DNA from: Monocercomonoides exilis PA203 | Lineage: Eukaryota; Protista; Preaxostyla | Direction of reading: 5' to 3' | NCBI GenBank assembly: GCA_001643675.2 | Contig: LSRY02000022.1 | Location: 372,001 to 436,000 of the forward strand | DNA: 64,000 nt | Shown: one piece after another, positions 15,954-28,061 of the stretch | Layout: each line of letters begins with the position of its first letter | Position numbering within the stretch: the stretch's first letter is position 1 | Notes under the pieces: model-generated | What the model was told of the DNA's origin: nothing | Databases searched by the model: none | Seen by the model: only the letters and a program-made list of their open reading frames with translations | Position numbers and translations under genes: made by a program

Positions 15954-17657
15954 TTACACCTGATAATAGAAATCAAACAACTTCTTCTTGATTGTGGGTG
16001 CACTCCACTTCCAGAACACATACGTATGATCTGGGCCCCAATTACACCAGTCGCTGCAATCACGCACTTGCACATGGCCCATAAACTGTGCTGTGAGAGG
16101 GTCGGTATAACTGGTCGCTTTAATACCCACACGACACTGCCCTATCGATAAATATGCGGTTGGGTCCAGTTTTTCCGTCATCTTGGCTGACAGCTTGATC
16201 CCTCCCCTTGCCAGAAGAATAGACGCACTCACATCTGCAAACAGATCCACCGTAGCCTTGGGAACAAGAGAAATCGAAGCGTCCCACGTCTGCAGGCAGA
16301 TGCGATAAGGAGCTGTTGCCTCGAACGAAAGTTTGACTCCAACTTGGAAAGTAACAGGAAGCACAGACACATACACAGTGTATTTCGCAGTGAACGATTT
16401 GGATGCATTCACAATACGGAAGGACTTCTCAAAGCAGGGCAGCTCAGGGAATGGCTTGTGGTAGATCGAATGCGAGAACAGAGAGATGTCAACAGCATTG
16501 CGCTGGGACGCTCCGTTCACATAGCCATACTCCGCATACGCATCAGCAAGCGACAGTTTGCAGTTCAGCACATACAAGTTGAGTGATGCATACGCCCCTA
16601 GAAGCATGTTCCTTGTGGACTTCTTGCACCCTTTGTTCGTCCCAGCCACCACCGAGCCTGTCAGCTCCAGCCCGCACGACTTGTTCCCCACCCAGTAAGA
16701 CAGCTCATACGACTTGCACAGATCCACACCGCTTGGGCAGTCCTTCTTTGATATTCCTTTCTCCAGTGGAGCCTCCTTCGCTGGACGATGAGCATAGAAG
16801 GACTCATCGAGGAAAGAAACGGGCTTCATCTCCTGATAGTTGCGTTTCATCGCCTCTGCTGCGTTTGCTGCTGCAAATGGCTCGGCGTTTGAGGTAGCAA
16901 CTTTGTTCAAAGTCAACATGGTAGATCCTTCAGAAGTCATCATGATGTTCGATATTTCGGCTTCGTCCATTTCCATGTCTGATGGTGCTGTAAATGACAC
17001 ATATGTGCTTTGCATTGCATCTTTCACAAGTCCTTCAGATAGCCTTGTCGTTTGCTCACCGCTCAAAGTAATATTTTCTTCAGTCAGTGATGGATCGCGG
17101 AAATAGAAAAAGTCTTTCTCTGAAAAATAGCTGGAAATCTCAGTTTCGTCTTCTGCATCAGTTATTTCGTAATGGCTTTCATGAACTCCTTGTGTATCAA
17201 GCTCGACTTGTGTTGAAGAACTCTCATCACTTGAATGAGTACGTAACGAATTAACAATTGTTGCCTTAACGTTGACAACTTCTTCCGAATCTTCTGAGGA
17301 AGCTTTAACATTTGATATCTCTCCAGCTTCATTCAAAGTGAACACAATGGGTCTTGCAAATACGCTTTCTAAATCCGATTTTTCTCCGGTAAGAACAGAA
17401 TAATCTCCATCAATATTTTGTGAAATTCTCACATCTTTTGCGGTCATTTCGAAAAGAAATTCACCTGCACCAGCGTACATGCACATAAAGTTCGCAGTGC
17501 AAGTCATTGCAAACTGTTGAATTCGTGTCTCTTGTTCAGAATTCATTGCTTCAATTCTTGAAGCCGAGTGAAAATCGTATGTATACAGTTTTCCTGCTTC
17601 ATAGCTAATTTTTGAAGATGTTACTGCACCAAGAATCAAAAATACAAAAAACAACAT
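15954..17657 (-). CDS. secreted 567-aa protein with a vitellogenin/large lipid transfer protein-like N-terminal beta domain and a Cys-containing beta-rich C-terminal domain
   Basis: Intronless ORF. Signal peptide MLFFVFLILGAVTS is followed by YEAGKLYTYDF and FARPIVFTLNEAGEISNV...EEVVNVKATIVNSL, resembling Vitellogenin_N/MTP N-termini. Family assignment is by motif recall only. Confidence 0.7.
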   Translation of the reverse strand: MLFFVFLILGAVTSSKISYEAGKLYTYDFHSASRIEAMNSEQETRIQQFAMTCTANFMCMYAGAGEFLFEMTAKDVRISQNIDGDYSVLTGEKSDLESVFARPIVFTLNEAGEISNVKASSEDSEEVVNVKATIVNSLRTHSSDESSSTQVELDTQGVHESHYEITDAEDETEISSYFSEKDFFYFRDPSLTEENITLSGEQTTRLSEGLVKDAMQSTYVSFTAPSDMEMDEAEISNIMMTSEGSTMLTLNKVATSNAEPFAAANAAEAMKRNYQEMKPVSFLDESFYAHRPAKEAPLEKGISKKDCPSGVDLCKSYELSYWVGNKSCGLELTGSVVAGTNKGCKKSTRNMLLGAYASLNLYVLNCKLSLADAYAEYGYVNGASQRNAVDISLFSHSIYHKPFPELPCFEKSFRIVNASKSFTAKYTVYVSVLPVTFQVGVKLSFEATAPYRICLQTWDASISLVPKATVDLFADVSASILLARGGIKLSAKMTEKLDPTAYLSIGQCRVGIKATSYTDPLTAQFMGHVQVRDCSDWCNWGPDHTYVFWKWSAPTIKKKLFDFYYQV

Positions 17658-17707
17658 TTTTAAGTGAAATATTGATCTTTTTATCTATAATGTGTACTTA
17701 ATTCAAA

Positions 17708-18644
17708 ATGATTAAGGGATTATCTGAAAGTTTTATGGATCAACTTCGTGCAGGAGATTGGATTTGCCCTGTTTGCGCAATTTTTATATTTCATTTCATT
17801 ATATAGTTAATAACATAATGATGAATGCGAATTTGAAAATCGTTTTCTGCAGCAATGCTCTGGACATAATTATTCCAAACGAATGGCTTGCTTTCGCTGC
17901 TCTCAGCCGAAACCAATGTTTATTCCTCGTGGTATGGCGTTAGTTACTAAGCCATTTACCCCGGTTTCCCCCTCTCCTTCTTCAAGCTTGACAGGGCATT
18001 GGTGTGAAATTGTTATAAAAATTTTCCATTTTATTTTCCATTAATTGAAAAGGGTTTGCGAGCAATGCAGAGCGCTTAATCCCCCTACAATGTGTATTTA
18101 CCATGTTCTTTAGTCTTTTAACAATATTTAAATTCGAATACCTCAAATTCGCCACCTTTTCAGATCTGACTGTTTGACATGCGGTGATTCTCGTTGGGCA
18201 ACAAATAGAACAAAAACAATGAAATCAGCAAAACCTTTAAGGGAAGGTGATTGGTACTGTTCAAGTTTGAATTTTATCTTTGAATTTTTGAATGCGTTAT
18301 TATTATTTTATTGACTTTTTTGTTGCTTGTGAAAAAGAATGTGGATATTTAAATTATTCTTTCCGTTCTACTTGCCAAAAATGTGATTCTCCAGAAAAAT
18401 TTGCCTCGACAGTAATTGGTGATACTTTTCAATCAAAAATGAAAGATGGCCGTGTAAAAGAATCACGCCCTGGTGATTGGAAGTGCCCAAATTGCAATGC
18501 CGTTTGCTATTTAAAAGCTTTAAGAATTTATTAACATGCTTATTTGTCTTTCATTTTTATTTCCTGAAACTTGAATGATAAAATTTTAAGTATAATTATG
18601 CGTTTCGCACATCTTGTTTTAGATGCCAATTTGAAAAGTTGTAG
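17708..18644 (+). CDS. RanBP2-type zinc-finger (x4) probable RNA-binding protein, multi-exon
   Basis: Spliced product: RAGDWICP|QCSGHNYSKRMACFRC; HW|VCEQCRALNPPT..DCLTC; REGDWYCS..CGYLNYSFRSTCQKC; RPGDWKCPNCNA|YNYAFRTSCFRC..TAG 18642-44. Start at ATG 17708 or the in-frame ATG 17735. Confidence 0.85.
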
Positions 18645-19492
18645 AATGTGATTATCTGATTTATTTTAAGCTCTTTGAGGGTATTTTTTTACACAAATCG
18701 TAACAATTAGGTTTATTATGATTTTGATATGTTCATTGACTTTGGACGATTATCTTCACATACATGGCACAATTTTGAAATTTGAACAAGTCTTAATCTT
18801 TAATAATCATTTTTATCATTGAAGAATTTCATATTAAGCTTGCACGTAATGAATGTAAATATTGGCCATGATGAAGCATGTTTTTTATTATCATTTAACT
18901 TGAATTAAATTTTGGCAAAAAAAAATTTAAAGAAAGTTTGAGTTAGTAAGATATGAAAATTTATTATTATTTAAATTCTAAAAAAAAACTGATTTCTTGA
19001 AAAAAAAAATAGGGTGGTTTTTTTATCAGGACAAAAATTTAAATTTTAAATATCTCAACAAATATTCAATATTAATTTCCAGCAATTTGCACAGTTGTAT
19101 GTTAGCATAAATGACATCGATTCATATACAAATTTTTAACAGCAGTGTTGTATTTTTTTTGAAATAAATAATTTTTATTTTTGAAAATCCTTCTTTTGAT
19201 GAATTTTTCTATTTTTATAAAATGAGTTGGCTCATCTTTTATATACACAACTTATTTTTTCCATGATATAAACAATTCTGGTTATTTTTTATTTTCGGCA
19301 ATTTGCTCGTTTAGACTGAATGGAAATTTGTCATTTTTGAAAAATCATTGTCAATGGGACACCTTAAAAAATATTTTTCATTAAATACAGGAGCATCTAA
19401 CTGAAACTAACACTTGCAGTTATAAATATAATAGTTATATAATATTTCCACAAAATTGTAATTGAAAATTTATCAACAATTATTTCATAATA

Positions 19493-22068
19493 CCATGGGT
19501 GCTTTACCCGCCCCCTGGTGCCAAACCCGCACCCTATTCATATTTGAATGAGCTTTCAAAACACAATTAGATGTTTAACTATTGAAAACTATTTTAAAAC
19601 ATCTAAAAATGATGTCAACAATCCAAGTTTTGCTTTTGCTCAATCTCCGTTAATTTTTGTTCTTTCAAAATTAAGCCAGTTTCTTCTTTAATCCAAAGAC
19701 TATATTTATTGCAACTTTTTCAGAGCTAGAGAAAATAATAAACCAGTTCAATATTATTCGCTTTGTATGTCAGACAACGAAATTTGTTAACGTTATCTTT
19801 GATTCAAAATGACAACAAAAGAAATTTTGATATGCTTGATCACACCCAATAAAGATGACTGAAAAACCTGAATTATCATCAACTCAGTTGCACAGAGTTC
19901 TTGCAACCAAGGAATATCTATCATTCAAATCCCCATCGAAAAAGCTTTTCGCAATTCGAAAAAGTTTTAAAGTGAAATATTCAACTGCCATAAAAGCAAA
20001 GGTTGTGTCAAAAGATGCATGGAAAAGAGGTATAAGAGCGGAAAGAGCTGGCAGAGAAGCTGGAAGGAATGTGCACCCTCAGGCAATTACGAACGACCAA
20101 TTGGAAGAAATTGAGAACCAGGTGCTAGTCCTTTTATCAAATCAGACAATAGTTCGAATTCGCGATGTGCAAAACATGGTTTGCATTATTTATTAATTTG
20201 TTTTTGTAACATTTTCATGTTGCTAAGTGTGTGGATCAAATAGAAAAATCATCAAAACCGAAGCAAGAATTCAAAACAATCAACAAAAAAAATGCATATA
20301 AATTAATTCAACGAAGTGATGTTTTGAAGGCTGCAATCGCAAGGCACACGGACGTTGCAAAAATATCAGCGCAGTCACCAGAAAATATCAGAGGATGGTT
20401 TTCAGAATTGTTAAGCACTGTTACGGAATACAATATCACAGCTGCGGATATATTCAATTTTGATGAATCGTCTATCGCATGTGGGGAATCATCGAACAAA
20501 CTGGTTGTTTGCCTAAAAAGTCAAACTCCTCCACAAGTTCCCGTCGTTCCGAAAGTCCCGAATGCAACTATATGCCTTTGTATCTGCGCTGACGGATCCT
20601 CATTACCGCAATTTCTTCTATGGCCAAAGAAAACACTCCCGAAAGAGTTTCGCACACTTTCTTCATTTGATATCAGATATATTTTTTCATCTTCCGGGTG
20701 GATCACTAAGGATATCTTCAAGTACATTATGATTAATTACTGGATTCCATTAATCGCGGAGAAAGTGAAACCTACAAGTTCTCATCGTGCACTTTTATTA
20801 ATGGATAATCATTCAACTCACAATGACGAAACTGTAATTGAAGCAGCTAAAAAAAATTACATCATTCTGAAAAAATTCCCACCTAATATGACACATTTGC
20901 TTCAGCCGTGTGACTCATGTGTTTTTTCTCGACTAAAATCCACTTTGAGTAACAAATTTGTTATTCCTTCTCCATTTTCTCTCCCTTCTTATCGAGCCCA
21001 ACTTGCAGAAATTCTCCCCGAAGCCTTGGCTGCAGCTTGTGTTCCATCAACAGTGAAGGCAGCATTCATTAAGACAGGAGTCTGGCCTGTTGCCGCAGCT
21101 CCCGTTCTCTCTCGCGTATCTGGAGCACCTATTGGAGCCTCTCCATCGAAAGAAGATCTTCATTCTTCGTCTCAAGATTGGCGTGAAGAACTTTTTGGAA
21201 GCTATTCTCCACCAAAAAGGCAAAGTGTTTCAGCTTCATCAATACCATCAGATATTTATTCCTCAGAAAAAGCAAACTCAACAAAATCAACTTCGCCGAA
21301 CGAATCGATCTGTTCCTCTCCGTCTGATGATCACAAATTAAATTCAACAACAATTATAGAAGATTTGGACAGCTTCGAATTGAAAAAACAACTTGAATAT
21401 GCAGAAAAGCATCTTGCATTTCTTCGATCCAAATATAAAGAAATAGAAAAAGCGAAAACTTCTTCGACTCCTTCAACATCAAAAACCAAGCATTCTCGTG
21501 AAGAATTCAACATTCTTTTGTCAAGCTCTTCTGCAGATGAAGATAAAAGAGAAATAAAACATAAAAAGAAAAAGAAAAAGATAATTTACAAAATAATCAA
21601 CGATGATACAAGTGGAGAAAGCTTCATTGATGAAAGAAGAAAACCGGAAAAGGAGAAGCCAATTCAAAGAGCAGTTTCACCATCTTTCAGCAGAAAAGAA
21701 ATTGAATGTCGCGAAAAGAATTATTCTTCGTTGTCATCGTAGTTTGTTTGTTTGTTTTTTCACATTGAAAGGTTTGCATCTGCTGAAAGTGATTATTGAT
21801 AAAGAAGAACGAGTGAGTACCACATTTGGTTTTTTTTGTTCTTGTATTACCGCAAACTGATTAAGTTGAAGAATTTTTAAAAAAAACTTCGAAACCTTTT
21901 TATCTCAAACACCAAACAATGAAGCTTTTCAATAATGTGATGTACTTGTCCTATTTTTTTCAAAGCTCAACGATTGAAAATGAATAGTGTTCATATAACA
22001 AAATGTGAACTTTAAATTCAATTTGTGGGTGCGGGTTTGGCACCAGGGGGCGGGTAAAGCACCCATGG
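19493..22068 (+). mobile_element. pogo/Fot1-like (Tc1-mariner superfamily) DNA transposon, apparently intact
   Basis: Perfect 42-bp TIRs CCATGGGTGCTTTACCCGCCCCCTGGTGCCAAACCCGCACCC; TA TSD at 19491-92 and 22069-70; encodes a transposase. Confidence 0.95.
19855..21742 (+). CDS. DD35D pogo/Fot1-type transposase (DDE_1), 2 exons, ~612 aa
   Basis: A 49-bp GT-AG intron (20179-20227) joins the ORFs at 19855 and 20228 in frame; catalytic motifs IFNFDES, LLMDNHSTH and PPNMTHLLQPCD, with 35 residues between the last two Asp. Confidence 0.9.
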
Positions 22069-22659
22069 TATTAACATTAATTGAATTTCTTTGAAATTGA
22101 ACATTTATAATCATCTGAATTTTAAACAAATGAAGTTTTAAAAATCCCTACTGAATCATTATTAAATATTACGCAGTAGTAATTTTAAATAACTATTATA
22201 TTTATAACTGCAAGTGTTAGTTTCAGTTAGATGCTCCTGTATTTAATGAAAAATATTTTTTAAGGTGTCCCATTGACAATGATTTTTCAAAAATGACAAA
22301 TTTCCATTCAGTCTAAACGAGCAAATTGCCGAAAATAAAAAATAACCAGAATTGTTTATATCATGGAAAAAATAAGTTGTGTATATAAAAGATGAGCCAA
22401 CTCATTTTATAAAAATAGAAAAATTCATCAAAAGAAGGATTTTCAAAAATAAAAATTATTTATTTCAAAAAAAATACAACACTGCTGTTAAAAATTTGTA
22501 TATGAATCGATGTCATTTATGCTAACATACAACTGTGCAAATTGCTGGAAATTAATATTGAATATTTGTTGAGATATTTAAAATTTAAATTTTTGTCCGG
22601 ATAAAAAAAATGTCCGGATAAAAAAACCACCCCACTTGTTTTCCTTCTAATATTTCAAT

Positions 22660-23760
22660 CATTTCCTTTTTCCCTTCCAATCTTCTTTATCCTCTTAACT
22701 TCTTATTCCAAGTCTCACTCAATTCGACATTCGAGAATTGTCTCATTCGCCTCCACTGCACTTTAACCCCTTTCTGTTGCTCCAGTCACAAACGCTTCCA
22801 CTTCTTGCACATCTTCGGATGTGCCAGCAGCGAGGCAAACAGATCAGCCAATTGCAAATGCTTTGTTGTTGGAAGAAAAAATTTCATTTCACGAGCCCTT
22901 TGCACACAAAAAAATCACATAGCCTAAACAAACTCCACCGCTTTTCAAAGGAAACCAACATAATAAAGCAGCCTATTTTTTCTGAGAATGAATTACCAAT
23001 TGACATCGCAGCTGCTCAGCAACCAAAACACCAATAAAATATGTGATCTCCAAAAAAAATGATCCGCCCAAAACCTGTTTGCACATCATCTCTAGCAACA
23101 ACGCTGCTTCGCCCAGAGGCTGTTCATTCTATGCGAGTTTCTAACTTGGAAACAGAATTGAGGAATCTACAACTGTAATAATCAAAGAACAGGTCACTCC
23201 TTCCAAGATCTTCAAACACAGCAAATCCAACGGACAAAGAACCTCAGCTTAAATGCTTCACTGTTTTGAAAAAATTCTTAGATTAGCTTCTTTCAATGCG
23301 CAGTTTCGATATTAACTTTCTCCACTTTTTCTTCATTTCCTTGCTTTAAAAAATACCCTTTCATCTATTCATTCAGCGATCTCTTCCTCACAGTATTTCC
23401 TCTGCCATAAGTAATTTAATAATTATATCAATTTCTATTGTTATGTTCTGTAAAGAGGAGATTGGACATTTCAACAATAACTCATATTCCTGCGCTTTGG
23501 AGAGGATACAGATGGAAACATCTTCATAATCAATTGAACAATAAAATTTACATACATAAATATCTTTTTGTGTTATAAACAAAAATGTTGCATTCCCCTT
23601 GTTCATCCAATCTCCAATAATCATCAGGCAGAATTTCAAAAATATTGCATAACCACCATTGTCTGTTGTCACACAGGAAATAATATTTCTGGTTCTACAG
23701 GTAATGTTTACACACAGAATTCTCAATCAGTAAATGGATAATTCCGTTCTTTAAAATCTT
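22660..23760 (-). pseudogene. decayed fragment of an expanded surface-protein family
   Basis: Coding-like but stop-riddled: ISCVTTDNGGYAIFLKFC, SGSVCDWSNRKGLKCSGG; no long ORF. Confidence 0.3.
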
Positions 23761-24074
23761 ATGATCATTTAATCCATTACAAAAAAGACTCAAGTTATAA
23801 ACCGTTGTTTTTCTTCCTGGATGCAAGCCAAAAATAACCAACAGTAAATAGGATGGCGCGAGCGCAGCTATTTTCGTGATTGCATAACGTTGTATTTATT
23901 TGCCTGTTTCTTTTCTTCCGGCATGGGCTCATTCATATTGAATGATGAAATGGCATTGCTTTCTTGCTGCATTGTATTTCCAAAATTGCAGGCAACAAAC
24001 AGTACTGAAAAATTCACTCGTCTGTATTCGTATTTGCATGTGAATTCATGATTGTTTCAATTTTTCTTATTTTT

Positions 24075-25395
24075 TTCAAGAAGTGTCTTCCGAACTGGAG
24101 GATTATGATAAAGAAGAGCAAAAACAGAAAATCCTTGAAATGAATGAAATTATTGATGAAATGAATGTGGAAGAATTTGAAAATGTTTTTACAAAAAAAA
24201 TGCTCAACACAATCAACAAAATGATTGAAATAAAGAAACTTTCGATGAAGATTGCAATTGTCTTGTTGAGGCAAGTGGGATATTGCGAAGCACTGAAAAA
24301 TGTGTGGGTTTATAGCTTTTGCCAATTTTTGTTGTGCCACGATTTAGAGAAGATGATGATTGATGAAAATGAGAAAAAAGATGAAAAGGATGAAATGCTT
24401 CTTATTGAACTGTGTGAATGCTTTGCTTGGCTGAATGAAGATTTTATTTCAAAGGAATTGTTTTCAATCATCATGCCTTGCCTTCTGAAAGCTGCATCGA
24501 AGAAAGAGGAAAACGAGGAGGTTCAAAAAGAAGTGGAGATGAGTTGGCTGGCTTTGAGCTGCATTAATGAAAATGATGTATGAACATTTCAATTTTATTT
24601 TTAATGTGAATAAATTTTTCATCTTTTTTTAATAAGTTTATTGAACAAAAACCGTATTATTATGAAATCAAAGAAATCATTGAATATCACAGGGAACATC
24701 ACAACTTGACTCGACTTGCATATCAGTCTGCTTGGAAGTTTTTGATATACAGATCTTATAACGATGAAAGCTTTAGAACGGCTGATGCGGATGATCTGCA
24801 TTTTGTGAGAGAAGCAGCAGGAGAATTGGAGGAGCTGACAAAGTGTGTTGATTGGAAGAGAGAGAAAGGGGAGAAAGGAGAAAAAGAAAGAGGAGAAGAG
24901 CTCACATAGATGAGATGGCTGGCTGCAATTGGTTATTACTTATCGTTATTCAATTGAATGAAGAGCATGATAGGCTCATTGGAAGCATCGCAAGTGCATA
25001 TCGAGCAGCGAAGAATAATTGTCAGGATATTTGCTCGCAATGGGTTGAAACGTTGATCAGAGCAGTGAAAAACAGAACAGTGGAGGTTGCAGACTTATTG
25101 AAAGGAGGAGCTGTTAATATCATTTTGGGGGAACTTCATCGACCAACATTGAATGATGAAAAGCCATGGAATTATTTAGATTTCTTTTAAGGAGTTTTTG
25201 GGCTATTGAAAAGAAATGTGAATGATGAAACAGATGCAACAAAAATGAAAAAGGTTTAAAGAAAGTTATTTGAAAAAATGGAGGAAGAAGGACACGAAGA
25301 ATGGGTGGTTGGATTGCGCTATGGCTTTTCGTACGGAATGTTTGGGGGTCATTTTTTGTTTCAAAAGTTTGATGATTTTCTTGTGTTTTGCTGAA
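24075..25395 (+). pseudogene. frameshifted member of the lineage-specific helical (ARM-like) protein family
   Basis: SELEDYDKEEQKQKILEMNE...CLLKAASKKEENEEVQKEVEM, intron ~24578-24636, HHNLTRLAYQSAWKFLI, KMEEEGHEE; frameshifts near 24900 and 25190; parallels 26264-27697. Confidence 0.75.
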
Positions 25396-26263
25396 CAATG
25401 AATTTTTTATACTTTCAATTTTTTTTTCTTTTTTCTTTTTTCTTTTTTCTTTTTTCTTTTTTCTTTTTTTTTTTTTATTTTATTTTATTTTATTTTTTGT
25501 ATGAATTCTCTGGAAGATACCCAATCAACATAATTCGGGAGCTGGCCTTCCATTTTTCTTTTTTCAAAAAATCAACTGAAGTTGCTCTTTCTCAGCCTCG
25601 CAACCTTCAAGTTTAATGAAATGACGTTGATTTAAGAAAATGAAAGGAATAACAAGTGAAGCTAAAAAGAAAAGCAAAAGCGAAAAGGAGAGTTTTTTGA
25701 AAGTGAAGATTGCATTACTTAATATTAATTGTTTTCAGCAAGAAAAAAAGAAAGCACATTTGATTTTTTTGTTTAACATAGATGGAATCATTTAAGTCAA
25801 ATATCCTTTTTTTTTGAAGATACATTTCAAAGAAAAGATGTAAAATGAGCTGTTCAACGTCAGAATCCTTGAATTTTGTTTTTTTTCCGAATTGAAATTA
25901 TTTTTGTTAATCTTTTTATGAATTTGTCCATTATTTAGATAATATTGGGTTTGATCAAATCTTCAAAATTCTTCGCACTTATGCCAAGGTTGAATAAATT
26001 GGAAATTTGATGTGAAATAAAAAAGGTTACACAAAAATTTAAATGTTGCTCAAATGATACAAAATTAATTTGAAAGAAAAAAAAAACTGAAAAGAAATAT
26101 CTTAAATTGAGATACAATAAATTTAAAATCAAATTTAAAGTTATGAAAACATATTTCTGAATAGAAAAAAAAAATTCAAAAATGCAAGAAGCATTAAAAA
26201 AAATAAAATTTTAAAAAAATAAATATTTGAAATGAATGGTTCTATTAAATGGCTGTTCGTACC

Positions 26264-27697
26264 TTATTCATAAATTAAAAATACTTCATTTTCAATAAGT
26301 CCAGAAACAAAGTATTCGTATATAATATTTTTCTTTTGTACTGGGGGTATACTGATATAGACATCTTCAAATCCATTTTCCTCCAGCTTATCAATCATCA
26401 TTCTTTTCAATATCATTCTTTCTGCCCCATTGTGCATTGTACCCGTCAACCTTTGATGAATATTTTCGAAAAAGGTTGAGCAATCACAAAAACTTGATCG
26501 AATCATATACGACCGAGAAAGCTCCTCCAGCATTGCGTCTACAGCTCCTCCTCCTATCAAGTCAAAAGTGTTCATAACACCACCATCCAGGACTTTCATA
26601 ATAATATCAGTGCATTTTTCTCGTATTCCAATGAAGCTGTCTTTTGTCCTTCTGCTAATATTGGCAACGCATTTCATTATGTCTATCTGAATTTCAACGA
26701 GAAGGATTTGAACGTCAACAACTTCTGTAAATACATGTAGCCATCTTTCAATGATATAAAAATTTTTTATTTCTTTTCTCATCTCTTTCTTTTCCTTCTT
26801 GATTCTATTTACGCATTTTGACAGCTCGTTTAATTCCTTTGTTGCTTCTCTGTAAAAGTCTTTCTTCGTCACAAAAAATTTCCACAAATTCTCAGATTGT
26901 TTATTTCGTTTCAATCTGTACAAGATGAAGAACCAAGCTGATTGATATGAAAGATGAGACAGATTACGATGATCTTGGTGATATCTGATTATCTCAGAAA
27001 TTTCATTTAAAAAATAATCATATTTATCTTGCAAAACCTTTTGAGGAAAAAAATACACTGTTATTCTAAAGAAAATTAAAATTGAACATACAATCGAAAT
27101 GTTTCCCTTCCCCATTGCTAATAAAGCTATTTCCACTTTGTTTTGAGCTTCTTCAGAAGTATCTTTGTTTGAAGCTACTTTTAAAAGACAAATTGCAACG
27201 GTTCTGGAGATTTCTTCTTCGCAAGAACCATCAAATAATAAGAGATAACATTCGCAGAGATCAGTTAATAGGTTTTCGTTTCCCCCTTTCTTCTCTTTTC
27301 TTTCTTCATTCTCGATCATTTTTCGAAATCTATTGCTCAATGCTTGTGAACTGTTGTTCTCTCCATAAATCTTTCTTAATTCTTTGTGATATCCTATGCT
27401 CTTCAACATTGCAAGCGCATTTTCTAAAGATAACTTCTTTTTATCAATAAGCGAATGAAGATTGTCGAACAGTTTTTGAGTCATTGTATACTTCAAATCT
27501 TCTTTATTCATTTGCTCGAGAGCTTTATTTATTTCTTTGATTATTAACTTTTGGACCACATTGCCACACTTATCGAGATCAGCAAACAAATCTGTGAAGA
27601 AACGAAACAAATAGCATTTTTCAGATAAATTTCGAAGCAAACCATCTAACTTACTTTTTAAAGGAGAAACATATACATCACTAGAAGAAATTCCCAT
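26264..27697 (-). CDS. lineage-specific helical (ARM-like) protein family member, apparently intact, one 54-bp intron
   Basis: Likely start MGISSSDV (ATG 27697); CLLKVASNKD..QNKVEIALLA, HRNLSHLSYQSAWFFI, KLEENGFED; GTATGT..CAAAAG intron 27091-27038 at the same position as the paralog's intron. Confidence 0.75.
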   Translation of the reverse strand: MGISSSDVYVSPLKSKLDGLLRNLSEKCYLFRFFTDLFADLDKCGNVVQKLIIKEINKALEQMNKEDLKYTMTQKLFDNLHSLIDKKKLSLENALAMLKSIGYHKELRKIYGENNSSQALSNRFRKMIENEERKEKKGGNENLLTDLCECYLLLFDGSCEEEISRTVAICLLKVASNKDTSEEAQNKVEIALLAMGKGNISIVCSILIFFRITVYFFPQKVLQDKYDYFLNEISEIIRYHQDHRNLSHLSYQSAWFFILYRLKRNKQSENLWKFFVTKKDFYREATKELNELSKCVNRIKKEKKEMRKEIKNFYIIERWLHVFTEVVDVQILLVEIQIDIMKCVANISRRTKDSFIGIREKCTDIIMKVLDGGVMNTFDLIGGGAVDAMLEELSRSYMIRSSFCDCSTFFENIHQRLTGTMHNGAERMILKRMMIDKLEENGFEDVYISIPPVQKKNIIYEYFVSGLIENEVFLIYE

Positions 27698-28061
27698 TTT
27701 GCTTATTAATTGCTGAATGAAGAGAAAATAAAAATTTATTAATTCCAAATAACTAAAAAAATCAAACTTATTTTTTCTTTCCAAGAAAAAAATGAAAACA
27801 TTTTCAAAAACGAAAAAAAATTCCACTATTAGTATAAAGTACTATAAAACATACAAGCAAAAACCTTTAAATATTAGCTTTATGTGAATGATAAGATTAT
27901 TTTTTCTTTTATCGTTAAAGCCCATAGTTTCATATTTTGAACAAAATAAAATGGGTCAAATTTTGTGTTCAGTCACTCACCATTCATGTATATTGGGCAT
28001 AATCCGAATATATCGGTATGCCCAGATTTCTTAGAAACTTTCCTGAATATAATAATACATG

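Larger units (their letters stand above)
19012..22632. mobile_element. foldback/long-TIR non-autonomous element (~427-bp arms) whose loop is interrupted by a pogo element
   Basis: 19012-19438 (GGGTGGTTTTTTTATCAGGAC...) is a near-perfect reverse complement of ~22189-22632; the right arm has an extra TGTCCGGATAAAAAAAA unit; no clear TSD. Confidence 0.8.
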
